Shown piece after piece: positions 1 to 10,694 of a DNA stretch of 20,000 bases. The notes under the pieces are model-generated. The model searched no databases. It was not told the origin of the DNA and saw only the letters and a program-made list of their open reading frames with translations. The position numbers and the translations under genes were made by a program. Position 1 is the stretch's first letter. Each line of letters begins with the position of its first letter. Source of the stretch: Chiloscyllium plagiosum (Eukaryota); contig NC_057719.1 of the NCBI RefSeq assembly GCF_004010195.1, forward strand, positions 95,745,477 to 95,765,476. Direction: 5' to 3'.

Positions 1-225
1 GACTACTCCTGGATACCTCCACTTGCCTCTCTCATAGTCACACCCTCCTGTCCCTGACCTCTGACTGAAATTGAGGTTGATAATGTAAGGGGTGTAACTG
101 CCTCCTGAAACACAGCATCCAGGTAACACTCCCCCTCCTTGATATGTTTGAAGCTCAGACTCCAGCTCATCGACTCTGAGCCAGAGTTCCTCGGGTAACC
201 AACACGTGCTGCAGATGTGATTGCG
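1..225 (-). mobile_element. CR1 LINE ORF1 fragment (decayed)
   Basis: Minus strand reads HICSTCWLPEELWLRVDELESELQT and, after a frameshift, EGECYLDAVFQEAVTP, resembling the N-terminal Cys-motif/coiled-coil region of CR1 ORF1. Confidence 0.65.
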
Positions 226-434
226 ATGAATCATTACCACATGAAAGATTTTTTTTATGTGAGGATTGTTGACCATGTGTAACTGCCCTCAAGAAGGTCC
301 TAGTCAGCTAGCTTTTTAAACCACTGCAGTTTTTATAGTGAAATTACACTCTGTTGTTGGACCAAGAGTTCCAGGACTTTGACCCAGTGACAATGAAGGA
401 ATCACCAGAGCTTGTGATAATAAATGACTGAAAG

Positions 435-786
435 GGATATGATGCTCTAGTGGTAATATCACTATACTATTAATCCAGAGACCCAGCTAATGTTCTCGGG
501 ACATGTGTTCAAATCCTGCCACAACAGATGGCAAAATTTGAATTTGATAATAATCTGAAATTAAAAGTCTAATGATGACCATGAATCCATTGCTGACTAT
601 CAGGAAAACCCATCTGATTCACTCATGTCTTTAAGGAAGGAAATCTGCAATCTTTACCTGGTCAGGCCAACGTGCAATTCCAGACCCACAGCAATGTGGG
701 TGACTCGACTACCCTCTGGGCAACTTGGGATGGGCAATAAATGCTGGCCTAGCCAGTGACACCCACATCCTGCGATTTTAAAATAA
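435..786 (+). mobile_element. tRNA-derived SINE with LINE-derived 3' tail
   Basis: A-box-like TGCTCTAGTGG (443-453) and B-box GTTCAAATCC (507-516). Tail GGGATGGGCAATAAATGCTGGCCTAGCCAGTGACACCCACATCC (727-770) is shared with the LINE 3' end at 3462-3505. Confidence 0.8.
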
Positions 787-1767
787 GCATATGCCATAAG
801 GATGCAGGACTGTAAGGTACTGCTGAAGGCTTTCTGGTAAGTTGTTCAATGCATCTCACAAACACAGCTGATGTGTTGCGCTGCCGGTGAAGACAGTGAG
901 TGGTTCATTTAGTGGAAAGTTGCTGAACATGCACGTAGCTTCATCCCAGAAGGTGGTGAACTACCTGGGTGTTTCTGGAGCTGAACTCACCTAACCAAGT
1001 GGAAGTATATTCATTTTTTTAAAGTCTTTACGGAGCCAGAGGAATTGGGCTTAGTTGCTTGCTTTCATTTCTAAAGGATTCCCCTGAAGAGACAGCCTCT
1101 GACCTGGTACTATAGCCTTGCTATTTAACTGGCTGGTGCCGTTAAGTTTCTAGACAATGGTGATTCTCAAGCAGATGACAGCGTCAGAATTCAGTGATGG
1201 TGATGCTTTTAGATGTCAATGGGAGATAGGCTAAATTCTATCTTATTAGAGATGGAAATTGCCTGGCACTTGTGTGGTGCAAATATGGTCATGACTAATC
1301 AGCCCAAGTTTGAATGTTGTCTTTGTCTTTCTGCAGGTGGACACAATTGTCTGAGGAATAGCGAACAGTACTGAACAATGGACAGCAGTCAACAAATATT
1401 TCCACTTCCAACTTTATGATGGAGCACAGGCCTTTGATGAAGCAGCTCAAAATGAGCTGCTTGGCCTTGAATAGCCACAAACATCCTTTGTGCTGTTTAG
1501 GTGGAGAGCTTTCCCATAACATTCCCTGATTTTAATGTTTGTGATATCGGACCTGGCCCAATACTGAATTGATGCCAAGTGCTGACATTTTATCTCCTCT
1601 CTGGGTTCAATGCTTTACTCCATATTTGTACTAAGGTTGTAAGTGATCTAGAGCAGGGTCTTCCTTGCAGATCACAAATTGAGCATCAATGAGCAAGTTA
1701 CTGTGTCAGTTGTGCTAGATAGTTCATACAACTCCTTCTATTGCTTTGTTCATTATAGAGAATAGGC

Positions 1768-1928
1768 TAGCGAGTTTGGAGAAGATTTGTAACTCAGGTT
1801 GAGGTTCTGGATGTAGATTTGCTCATTGAGCTAGAAGGTTCATTTTCAGATGTTTCATTACCAAGCTTCAGTGAGCCTTCGGACAAAGCACTGCTGATGA
1901 TTCCTGCTTTCTATTTATATGTTTGGGT
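1768..1928 (-). mobile_element. PLE 3'-terminal fragment (family D) with degenerate hammerhead motif
   Basis: Interrupts the LINE RT homology. Minus strand reads CACTGAAGC-TTGGTAAT-GAAACATCTG, a hammerhead core with part of stem II deleted. Confidence 0.55.
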
Positions 1929-2570
1929 GATAGGTCGGTAATTGACCAAAGTTGACATCTTCTATTTTTGTGAACATAACTTATATGGGCAACTTTTTTT
2001 ACTCTGTTTTCTGGTTTCCAACTGGACGAGAGCAGCTTGATTAGTGGCAGGGCTGGGTCTGGAGCTATTCTTCAGCTGTGATGTCATCGGACTCCATTGG
2101 CTTTGCTTTATCCAGTGTGCCCAGCTATTGCTTGATATCACATGGAGTGAAAATACTTGACTGAAATTTGGCTTCTGTGGTGGAAGACATAAAACCTGAT
2201 ACTTCAGGCTGAAGTTGTTTGCAACACTTTAGTCTTTTCTTTTAGACACGTCTGTTTCTAGTATCGTGAATGGTATGATGTACATAAATGGTTGTTAAAT
2301 GGTTAAATTATCTTAAAACAGTATCGCACATGGCAGGATCTCAAAGCTTCAATCTGATTAATTTATGAGGTGGCTAAACTGTGTCTATAGTACGCTGCTT
2401 CTGTTACTCAGTACATATGTAGTCCTGTGTCACAGTTTCCCCAGGTCGGAAACTCGTTTTTAGATAGGTCTGGTGTTATACAAATTAATAGTTCTGAAGT
2501 GATTCATGTTTGTTACATTGGTTCCAACTATCCCACTCAAGTCATATACTGCCTGTAGATAGCTGCAAGG

Positions 2571-2673
2571 ACAAGAACAGAAATTGCTGGGAGAAACTCA
2601 GTGGGTCTGGCAGCACCTGTAGAGAGAGAGAAGCAGGGTTAATGCTTTGAGTCCAGTATGACTCTTCGGAACT
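2571..2673 (-). mobile_element. PLE 3'-terminal fragment (family B), degenerate hammerhead
   Basis: Reverse complement AGTTCCGAAGAGTCATACTGGACTCAAAGCATTAAC...GGTGCTGCCAGACCCACTGAGTTTCTCCCAGCAATTTCTGTT is homologous to 8089-8176 and 9519-9630. Confidence 0.7.
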
Positions 2674-2754
2674 GAAAAGAACTGGAAAATGACCATTTTT
2701 ATACTGTTAACCGAGTGGAATAGATTGCAAAGATGCCCAAAAAAAAGGCATGGT

Positions 2755-2912
2755 TTGCCCCCTGAATCCCACGGACTCCAGTTTTGCTCAGGCCCAATCT
2801 CAGTCAAACACACCATTGATGTCAGGGGTGGTCACAGGACATACCTGGGCAATTTTCCACATTGTCAGGCAGATTCCAAACTTGTAGCTGAACTAGAACA
2901 GCTTGGCCAGCT
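2755..2912 (-). mobile_element. LINE RT fragment (same family as 282-2550) with internal deletion
   Basis: Contains GGACATACCTGGGCAATTTTCCACATTG (minus strand MWKIAQVCP). The left half matches sequence near 1510-1590 and the right half near 1975-2040. Confidence 0.6.
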
Positions 2913-2924
2913 TTAGTTGTCCAG

Positions 2925-3180
2925 AAGACCGTTCAGAGTGAAGCGTGGGTCGGGAGTCAAACATAGGCCAGACCAGGTGAGGATGGCAGATATCCTTCCC
3001 TGAAGGGCATTAGGGAGCCAGCTGAGTTTTTTTTACAACAGGTGACAATGGTTACATGGTTGCCAATAGGCCAGCTTTTTAAACTCCAGATTTTACTAAA
3101 TTCAAATTTCACAATTTGCCTTGGTAGGATTAGAATCCATTTCTAAAGCATATTAACTTGGGTTTCTATAGTGGTCAGTA
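2925..3180 (-). mobile_element. tRNA-derived SINE (family of 435-786), decayed
   Basis: GTGGGTCGGGAGTCAAACATAGGCCAGACCAGGTGAGGATGGCAGATATCCTTCCCTGAAGGGCATTAG is the reverse complement of the SINE body at about 620-690. Confidence 0.7.
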
Positions 3181-3260
3181 GTCCTCAGACACTTTAACCT
3201 TTCTAGTTTCCAGTGCATTCAGCTGTTTCTTGACATCTTGTGGAGTTAATCACCCTGGAT

Positions 3261-3338
3261 GAAGTTAAAAATCACACAACACCAGGTTACAGTGCAATAG
3301 GTTTAATTGGAAGCACTAGCTTTCAGGGCACTGCTCCT
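3261..3338 (-). mobile_element. PLE terminal fragment (family C), partial hammerhead
   Basis: Closely similar to 17551-17630. Reverse complement has GGAGCAGTGCCCTGAAAGCTAGTGCTTCC; the CTGANGA box is absent. Confidence 0.8.
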
Positions 3339-3345
3339 GCACGGT

Positions 3346-3521
3346 CCCTGGGTCAAAACTTGGAATTCCCTCCCTAACAGCTTTGTGGATTTTTTTTTAA
3401 CAACCCAAGGACTGCAGCAGTTTAAGAATACCAGTTACTATCACCCTCTCTGGTCAAATTAGAGATGGGTAATAAATGCTGGCCTAGCTAGTGACACCCA
3501 CATCCTGTGAATGTAAGAAAA
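3346..3521 (+). mobile_element. 3' end of CR1/L2-group LINE
   Basis: Reverse-complement homologue of 8930-9095, ending AATAAATGCTGGCCTAGCTAGTGACACCCACATCC plus an A-rich end. Confidence 0.75.
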
Positions 3522-4257
3522 TCATTCAAAAAGGAATTAGATAACCATTTGTCAAAAAACTTCATACCTTCTGTTAGTTTAATGCACAAGATATCAACAA
3601 ATTCTGATAAAAGCCTTGTAGATAGATGTGTGCAAATCTTCCATCAGTGCAGAGATTGAAAACCTTCAGACAGAACATCACAATCACACTTTACTGGAGG
3701 GAAGAAGCTTTAATTATTGTAGTTTTAGTACTACAGACTGTGAATGACAATTGTAACTCACTAACTTTAAATTATATCCATTTCACAATCACTCTGAAAC
3801 CTTTTTATATTTTCCCTATTTCTCTTTTCCTGATAGTATTAAAAATGGTTAAACATAAAGCATTTTCCTCATGCCATGACATTTTTCCCTGTGTCGGCCA
3901 CGTGGATAAATATTGGACAATTAAATCATCTTCCTTCCTCAAAAATTATAACCCATCTCCTAAACAATAACTGAAATTGTAATTAGAAATTTCTTTGTTA
4001 TCAAATAGATTTCTCCAGATGTAAGTATACTGTTCAAATGTATGGCATATATTGCAATCATTTTTTATTACATGGGATTATGTGTTTGAAAAACAAAAAT
4101 GTTTCTTATATAGTGTATTATTAAAATTTAAATCTTTGCTAAAAATTTGTAACAATGATAGTAACATCTGAAAACCATGGACACTATTTTCTAACATTGA
4201 TTACACACTGAGGGCTACAATGCAGTACGAGTGTTGGGCAGAACAAATGGCAATTAC

Positions 4258-4402
4258 CTTTGAAACAGTCCTATTCCATTGCCGTGACTTGAAAGTCATA
4301 AAATCAATGTGGCACACATGCAGGCCATCTACCCCATCAAATCCATCCAAACTTTCCAAAAGCACATCAGCTAGTGCCACTCCCCATTCTATCACTGTAA
4401 TA
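4258..4402 (-). CDS. Candidate coding exon of an unidentified host gene
   Basis: Acceptor aaattttcag| (alternative ttacag| starting the exon at 4394) and donor AAG|gtaatt. One open frame: ITVIEWGVALADVLLESLDGFDGVDGLHVCHIDFMTFKSRQWNRTVSK. It is a higher-GC island in AT-rich unique sequence. Protein not recognised. Confidence 0.45.
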
Positions 4403-5140
4403 CTGAAAATTTATTTCATTCAAACACATACCCACTTTTCTTGTTCTTTTTAAGACCTCTCCCTCCACCACCCTGGTAGTAGGAGTTCCAAGTCATCAGC
4501 ACTCTCAAAAAACATTCTTCCTCGTTAGCCCTGCCTTGTCTGTCAGAAATCCCACTGACGTGTACATGGATTCTCCTTAGCACTTCTGGTGAAGTTACAG
4601 TGGCAGCATCAGCACAGTTCCAAGGAAATTCCCAACTTATTATTCCAGTTTAATATGATAACAATATAGATATTCGATACTTCAACAGACAATACCAGAT
4701 ATACTGGTAAACCACCAACTTCAGTGATATTAAATAAATGTTAAAAATAAATGAAGTTTTTTGGATTTTCAAAATAATAAATGAAACCATTATGACAGTG
4801 TAAATAAACAGCTCAAAGAATTCCGATGAATTACTTCTGATTCTATTAATTCCAAGTTGAAATTAAGTTAGGCACATTATTGGATATCTGTCATGTTGTC
4901 CAGTTTATCTCTTTGCACTTCATGAAACATCTGAATGAAAAAAGAAAAATAACTTTAAAGACTTTACCTTTCAAAAAGACAAATAATTCAGATCTAATAA
5001 ATGTCAATGACACATACTAAACTTTGTTTGCATTTAAATCCTAAATGTTATTAACTATGAAGAAATTCAAATGGTATATCTTCAGTACAATAACAAATTC
5101 AATTGCATAAAAACATGTGCTGAACTAGGTTTCCTCAATT

Positions 5141-5250
5141 AAAAATCACGCAACACCAGGTTGCTTCCAATTAAACCTGTTGGACTATAACCTGGTGTTG
5201 TGTGATTTTTAACTTTGTACACCCCAATCCAACACCGGCATCTCCGAATC
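5141..5250 (+). mobile_element. PLE mini-insertion (family C) with 5' inverted segment and 12-bp TSD
   Basis: TSD GTTTCCTCAATT at 5129-5140 and 5251-5262. 5139-5162 is an inverted copy of 5189-5212 (1 mismatch). Body matches the reverse complement of 17552-17605. Confidence 0.85.
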
Positions 5251-5494
5251 GTTTCCTCAATTGAACACAATTGTTAAGAGAAATAAGGGTATAGTTGAAT
5301 GACTTGAGTTATGGTGTAGGTGGGAAGATTTCCAATACATGGGCATTAGAACCAATCCTAGGATAAAATACATCTTTCAAAATGAACAGTTGGCACCTCA
5401 GTAGGATGGGGATCTCATAGCAACGTTCTCTAGTTTGTTTGGGAGGTCCTAAACTAACATAAAATGGGTGTATCCTGTATGTCCTAACATACAG

Positions 5495-5830
5495 GACATA
5501 CAAACAAACATACAGATTAGGAGCAGAATTAGGCCTTACAAGCACTGAGCTTGTTCCACCAATTAATAAGATCATGGCTGATCTGATAGTGGCATCAACC
5601 CCAAATTCCTACCTATCTCAAATAATTATCAACTCTCCTGTTAGTTATGAATCTCTCTACTTCTGCCTTAGAGAAATATTCAGTGACTGCCTCCACCACT
5701 CCCTGCAAAGACAGAAACTCCTAGCTTTCTAAGAGATAAAAATTTTTCTTGTTTCCATCCGAAATAGGAAACTCCTTGTTTTTAAACTGTATCCCCCAAT
5801 TCTGGCTTCCTTTACAAAGCAAAACCACCT
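5495..5830 (-). mobile_element. CR1 LINE 3' end
   Basis: TAGGAGCAGAATTAGGCC...AATAAGATCATGGCTGATCTG is the typical reverse-complemented CR1 3' UTR, followed by decayed ORF2 C-terminal sequence. Confidence 0.7.
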
Positions 5831-5857
5831 TTAAACATCCAGAGGTGTTTGTCATTA

Positions 5858-6205
5858 GGGCAGCATGGTAGCTCAGCGGTTAGCACTGCTGTTTCACAGC
5901 GTGATGGACCCCAATTCGATTCCAGCCTCGGGTGACTTTCTGTGTGAAGATTGCACATTCTCCCTGTGTCTGTGTGGGTATCCTCCGGGTGCTCTGGTTT
6001 CCTCCCACAATCCAAAGATGTGCAGGTTAGGTGAATTGGCTGTGCTAAACTGCCTGTAGTGTTCAGGTATGTATAACTTGGTGCATAGTCAGGGGTCAAT
6101 ATAGGGTAGAGGGAAAAGGTTTGGGTGGGTTATTCTTTGGAGGGTCGATGTGGACTTGTTGGGCCAAAGGGCCTGTTCCCACATTGTAGGGATTCTTTGA
6201 TTCTA
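5858..6205 (+). mobile_element. HE1-type V-SINE
   Basis: tRNA head GGGCAGCATGGTAGCTCAGCGGTTAGCACTGCTG with B-box-like ATTCGATTCC; V-domain TTGCACATTCTCCCTGTGTCTGTGTGGGTATCCTCCGGGTGCTCTGGTTTCCTCCCACA; CR1-like tail ending GATTCTTTGATTCTA. Confidence 0.9.
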
Positions 6206-6221
6206 CATATAAAGGTGAATA

Positions 6222-6586
6222 CTTCAAATGAAAACTAGGCCAAATATAATTAGTTTTCGAATTCAATAAAATCTGGAAGAACTGACTTAATTCCAACCAT
6301 GTAGCCACTGTCAATTATTGTAAAATCCTATCAGGTTCACTATTGTTCTTCAGGGAAGGTATTCTGCCACCCTGATGAAGGGCTTATGCCCGAAACATCT
6401 CTCCTGCTCCTCGAATGCTGCCTGAACTGTGCTTTTCCAGCGCCACACTTTTTGATCCTGCCATCCTTACACAGTCTGACCTACGTGTGACTCCAATGTG
6501 GGTAGCTCTCACCATCTGGGCAAATAGGGAAGACCGATTAATGCTGGCCTAGCTGAAAATGCCTACCTCATGAATGAATGATAAAA
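6222..6586 (+). mobile_element. tRNA-derived SINE (family of 435-786), decayed, split by PLE mini-insertion
   Basis: GAATTCAATAAAATCTGGAA, GGTTCACTATTGTTCTTCAGGGAAGG and tail ATGCTGGCCTAGC...ATGAATGAATGATAAAA align with 435-786. Confidence 0.7.
6372..6454 (+). mobile_element. PLE mini-insertion (family A) starting at a hammerhead core
   Basis: CTGATGA-A-GGGC-TTAT-GCCC-GAAAC-ATC at 6372-6399. Imperfect TSD ATTCTGCCACCCT (6361-6373) / ATCCTGCCATCCT (6455-6467). Confidence 0.85.
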
Positions 6587-7305
6587 GGATTACAAACGGA
6601 GAACAAATGAGTATTCTGCATTGGTGATCACTAAGGAAGAGAATGTTGAATTCTAATGATAAAATATAGCAGAAGCAGACAGTGTGTAGCTAATGGATGG
6701 TTTGAACATTCTAGTGCAAAATAAATTGAAAAGGCTGGTAATGCTCAGAGTGGGCAAGTCTCCTGGTCCAGATTGCTGTATTCTAGAACGTTTAAGGGAG
6801 TGGGGATTGGGAAAACCAAAATCTTCTAACATTCACTCGATGTCAGGGAAGAGTGAGAGGATTGGAGAATGGCAAATGTGACATTCTTATTCTAGGAGGA
6901 CTGCAAGGACACATTTAGAAATGACAGTGTAATATTACTGGCAATGTTTTAGAAACCATGATAGGATGAAAAAAAACGTGGAGACACTTGATTTCATTAA
7001 ATGAGAACCAGCACAGCTTGGTAAAAGGCTTGAATAATCTAACTCTTGTATGTTGCCTATACAGATTTTAAAAATGTTTTGATAAGGTAACAATATCTGA
7101 AAGGCTGGTTAACAAAACTGAGGCTCTCAGAATAGGAGGGTCAGCCTCAGCCTGGAGTTTTAAAAAAAATGGCTCAAGAACAGAGACTAGCAAGTGGTAA
7201 ATTGTTAATTTTTAGACTGAGGGATGATAGGATGTGGTCTTCCTGAATGCTCAGTGCTAAGATCATTGCTCTTCTGATTTATATAAATGATTTGGATATT
7301 GGAAT

Positions 7306-7936
7306 TGCAACAGGATTCTTGGTTTGTAGAGCTTGATTTGAGAAATATGAAGGTGCCTGATTGTGGGGCTGACAAGAAAGCAGAGTCACCATGTATACAC
7401 AGGGATTAAAACTGTTAAAACCACAGGATGAAACCTCCTCATTTTTGGACAGTGAGGAAAGAAAATTTGGCTGGTGTTAGGCTTCATTGAGAGGAAGACT
7501 TTGACCCAGCCTCAGAAGATGCAAATGGGAAACTAATGATCTGTTGTGTGGCATGCAACAAGACTCAGGTGATCAGATTTTGAGATGAGAGGGGTTCAGA
7601 TGCAATTGAGAAAAGTTGAGTACAAAGGCTGGATCTGGCAAAGGAGCTGGAGTTTTACTGAGGAAATTCAGAGTTTTGAGGGATGAAATTACTGCCATAC
7701 CTGTTGAATGAGACACTTGAGAAAACTTGAAAAATCTTTCTTTGTTGCATCAACTATTTAAATGTTTAATTTATTATTTATATTGTACACAAAATACCTG
7801 TGATTTCATGTTTAATTAACATTAATTATGGTTTGATTGTTAAAGACTAGATGCTACAGAAGTGAAATATTGTTGCTTAGCTGTCAATCTGACATTTCAT
7901 ACTTTTCATTAGCTGTTCTCCATAAGGATCATAACA
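7306..7936. mobile_element. Probable solo LTR (~630 bp)
   Basis: Splits the CR1 RT between INDLDIG and ISKF. Begins TG, ends ATCATAACA, flanked by GAAT on both sides (7302-7305, 7937-7940). Boundaries are ambiguous by a few bases. Confidence 0.5.
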
Positions 7937-8088
7937 GAATATAATTTCAAAGTTTGTCAATGATGCCAAACTGAGAGGTGTGGTAAACAACAGCAACAGA
8001 ATGGGGATACATTTGGCAGATGCAATTTAAGATAAAGTAATACATTTGGGAGAAAAATGAGGGAGAGACAATATAAATTTAAAGAGAC

Positions 8089-8176
8089 ATCGGACCCAAA
8101 ACATTAACTCCGATTTCTCTTCACGGATGCTGCCAGACCTGCTGAGCTTTTCCAGCAACTTCTGTTTTTGTTTGTG
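8089..8176 (+). mobile_element. PLE mini-insertion (family B), 5'-truncated within hammerhead stem II
   Basis: GGACCCAAAACATTAACTC...GATGCTGCCAGACCTGCTGAGCTTTTCCAGC. Imperfect 16-bp TSD ATAAATTTAAAGAGAC (8073-8088) / ATAGATTTAAAGGGAC (8177-8192). Confidence 0.8.
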
Positions 8177-8929
8177 ATAGATTTAAAGGGACTATTCTAA
8201 AGACTCAGCAGGGATATAGGTATCTGGGTGCACATGCACTGACATTTGAAACTGGATGACATATTGAACTGAATGTTCTGGAGCTTGTGAAAGTGGGATA
8301 TGAGGCAGAAGAGCCATTACATGTGGAGGATTGGCAGAGTGGTGGACTGTTTGTCACTTTCTCACCCCCACAGCACTCTGCCAGCAGCTGAGAAACTGAA
8401 AGGATGGACCTCCAGCCTAGAGGCTAATTGTAGTATTGGGGGGTCAATTAAGGGTCTCTTGCAGTATTTTACTAGCAGTATGTGAGCTCTTGTCACATGG
8501 GGAGATCACCTGGCAAATCCTGGCAGATTCCCTGCAGATTCACAGCCAACCTGACAGGATCTGCCCGATTGACCCCAGTGACCCTGACCTCAAATACCAT
8601 GCAGCGAGGGCAGTGCCATTATACATCCTGTTTGCTGGATACCAACCCAGTTATAGGCACCACTTCCAATGCCACAGCTGGGGTCTGAAGTACTACTGGC
8701 ACTTTCTGATTCCTTTTCATTCCAGAAAGGATAAAAAGGTCCTGGACTTGCCAACATATTAGCTATTTCAGAGCCTGAAATGTGGCTGAGTTGGACCATC
8801 ATTTGGGCCAGCACTACCCTGTACTCCAAACAATCCACCTAAATGAGAGAGAAATTAACAAAGCCTATGAGAACTTGAGCATCATAAATAGAGATATTGT
8901 ATGCAAGAACAGTTAAGTGATTCTACATG

Positions 8930-9518
8930 TGTTTTATTCACTCGTAGGCACAGCTAACTGGGACAGTATTTATCACCTATCCCTAATTGCCCTTGAGAAG
9001 ATGGTGGTAACCTATCTTCTTGAATTGCTGCTGTCCATTTGATTTAGGTAGACTCGCAATGCCATTAGGGAGGGAATTCCAGAATTTTGACCCAGTTACA
9101 TTGAAGGAACAGCGATATATTTCCAAGTCAGGATGGTGAGTGGCTTGGAAGAGAGCTTACAGGAGGTGGTACCCCCATTATCTGCTGCTCTTGTCCTTCT
9201 AGATGGAGGTGGTCATGGATTTGGAAGGTGTTGTCTGAGGATCTTTGGTGATTTTCTGCAGTACATCTTATACATAGCATGCACTGCTGCTAATGAGTGT
9301 CTTGATAGAGGGAGTGAATGTTTGTAGTTCTGGTGCCAATCTACCAGGTTGCTTTGTCCTGGATGGTGTCAAGCTTCTTGAGTGTTGTTGGAGCTGCACC
9401 CATCCAGACAGGTAGGGAGTATTCTATCAGACTCCTGACTTGTCCCTTTAGATGGTGAATAGGTTTTAGGCATTTAGGAATTGAGTTACTCACTGCGGTA
9501 TTCTTAGCTTCTGACCTG
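8930..9518 (-). mobile_element. CR1/L2-group LINE, 3' ~590 bp
   Basis: ORF 9341-9571(-) contains KGQVRSLIEYSLPVWMGAAPTTLKKLDTIQDKA, the ORF2 C-terminal region. 3' tail matches 3346-3521. Confidence 0.85.
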
Positions 9519-9634
9519 TGTTCTGAAGAAAGGTCACTGGACCCAAAACTTTTACTCTGCTTTCTCTGCACAGATGGTGCCAGACCTGCTGTGTTTATGA
9601 TTTGTTTTCAGATTTCCAGCATTTTTTATTTATT
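9519..9634 (+). mobile_element. PLE terminal fragment (family B) with hammerhead-like motif
   Basis: GTT-CTGAAGA-AA-GGTC-ACTG-GACC-C-AAAAC (GAAA decayed to AAAA), then CAGATGGTGCCAGACCTGCTG...CAGATTTCCAGCA. Confidence 0.75.
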
Positions 9635-10230
9635 CCTACTGTTTTCTGGTCACTAACCAATTTTCTATCCATCTCAATATACTATACTCAATCCTATGCA
9701 CTTTAATCTTACACATTAATCTTTTATGTGGAGACTTTATGAAAGCCTTCTGAAAATTCAAGTAAACCACGTCCACTGGCTCCCTTTCATCAACTCTACT
9801 AGTTCCAGCCTCACAGACTTCCAGTAGATTTCCCTTTCATAATCCATGCTGCCTCTGTCTGATCCTGGTCTTGCTATTTCTGCTCTATTATCTTTCATAA
9901 TGGGCTTAAGTATTTTCCCCATTACTGACATTAGAATGATTGGTATATACTTTCTGGTATTCTCTCCAACTCCTTTTTTAAATAGCAGAGCTAGATTACA
10001 ATCTGTAGGAAACATTCCAGAGCCTATAGAACCTTGGAAGTGACCATCACTATTACTAGGGCCAATGTCTTAGGTACTCTGGGATATAGATTATCAGGCC
10101 ATGAAGATTTATGGCCTTTAATCCCATCAATTTCCGTAACATCATTTTCGATAAAAACTGATGTCCTTCAGTTCCTTTCTTTCTCTCAAACCTGTGTCCC
10201 CAGCATTTCTGGTATTGGCACTGGTACTTG
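9635..10230 (-). mobile_element. CR1 ORF2 fragment
   Basis: ORF 9758-10015(-) PTDCNLALLFKKG...KYIPIILMSVMGKILKPI is the decayed CR1 motif P.DW..ANV.PLFKKG...NYRPVSLTSVVGK.LE.I. Confidence 0.8.
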
Positions 10231-10694
10231 TATTTAACAGCCATACAAAAAAAACCAACGGTAGATCATGGAAGATCAGCTTCCTACATGGTGTGGGCCT
10301 GCCTCACCATGAGTAATAAACTGGCTAAGGAGGATAAGGCCCTCAAGTTAAGAGTCCAAGGGAGTACCAACCATACCATTCCTGCCCCACCTCTTAGAAT
10401 TTCAGAAATGTCAGGGGTGGGCAGGTATGCAACAGAGAAGCTACCTGGTGATTTTATGTGCCTGCTCTGCCCTCAAACCTGCTGACAGAAGAGCATATGG
10501 ACCAGTTCCTGACTTCACATTGTGACAACATATTTAATGGACCAGTAAAGGTGGATCTCTAATCTAGGCTGAGCTGCCTGTTGTCAATAATTGCAAACAA
10601 TAAGAGTTTTAATTATTCGTTTTTCTCTACAAAATGGAAAATAAATCAAATCATGATGGCTTCACCAACTCATATCAGCTGCAATATTCTTCAA

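Larger units (their letters stand above)
282..2550 (-). mobile_element. Old CR1/L2-group LINE ORF2 (RT) remnant, interrupted by a SINE (435-786) and a PLE end (1768-1928)
   Basis: ORF 1295-1522(-) ILSCFIKGLCSIIKLEVEIFVDCC...DNIQTWAD is a decayed FINDLP...FADD...W RT region. 282-410 and 800-1110 are homologous to the better preserved copy at 8930-9518. Confidence 0.75.
6590..8928 (+). mobile_element. Decayed CR1 ORF2, interrupted at about 7306-7936, 8089-8176 and 8267-8843
   Basis: Successive ORF2 motifs in order: GKSPGPD (~6752), EDWRMANVT (~6857), IYINDLD (~7277), ISKFVNDAKL (decayed KFADD, ~7944), INRDIVCK (decayed INRGIEYK, ~8884). Confidence 0.8.

Noticed and set aside
3626..3970. 114-aa plus-strand ORF (also 8436-8762 and 18778-19092)
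   Set aside because: No recognisable motifs; AT-rich or antisense-to-repeat frames of a length expected by chance.
4780..5020. Additional minus-strand exon candidates (acceptor near 4933, donor near 4967; also an acceptor near 10628)
   Set aside because: All frames after the acceptors hit stops within about 20 codons, and the implied intron near 4933-4967 is only about 35 nt.
5858..5935. tRNA gene (also 14600-14674 and 435-520)
   Set aside because: A/B boxes run directly into SINE bodies; these are SINE heads, not tRNA genes.
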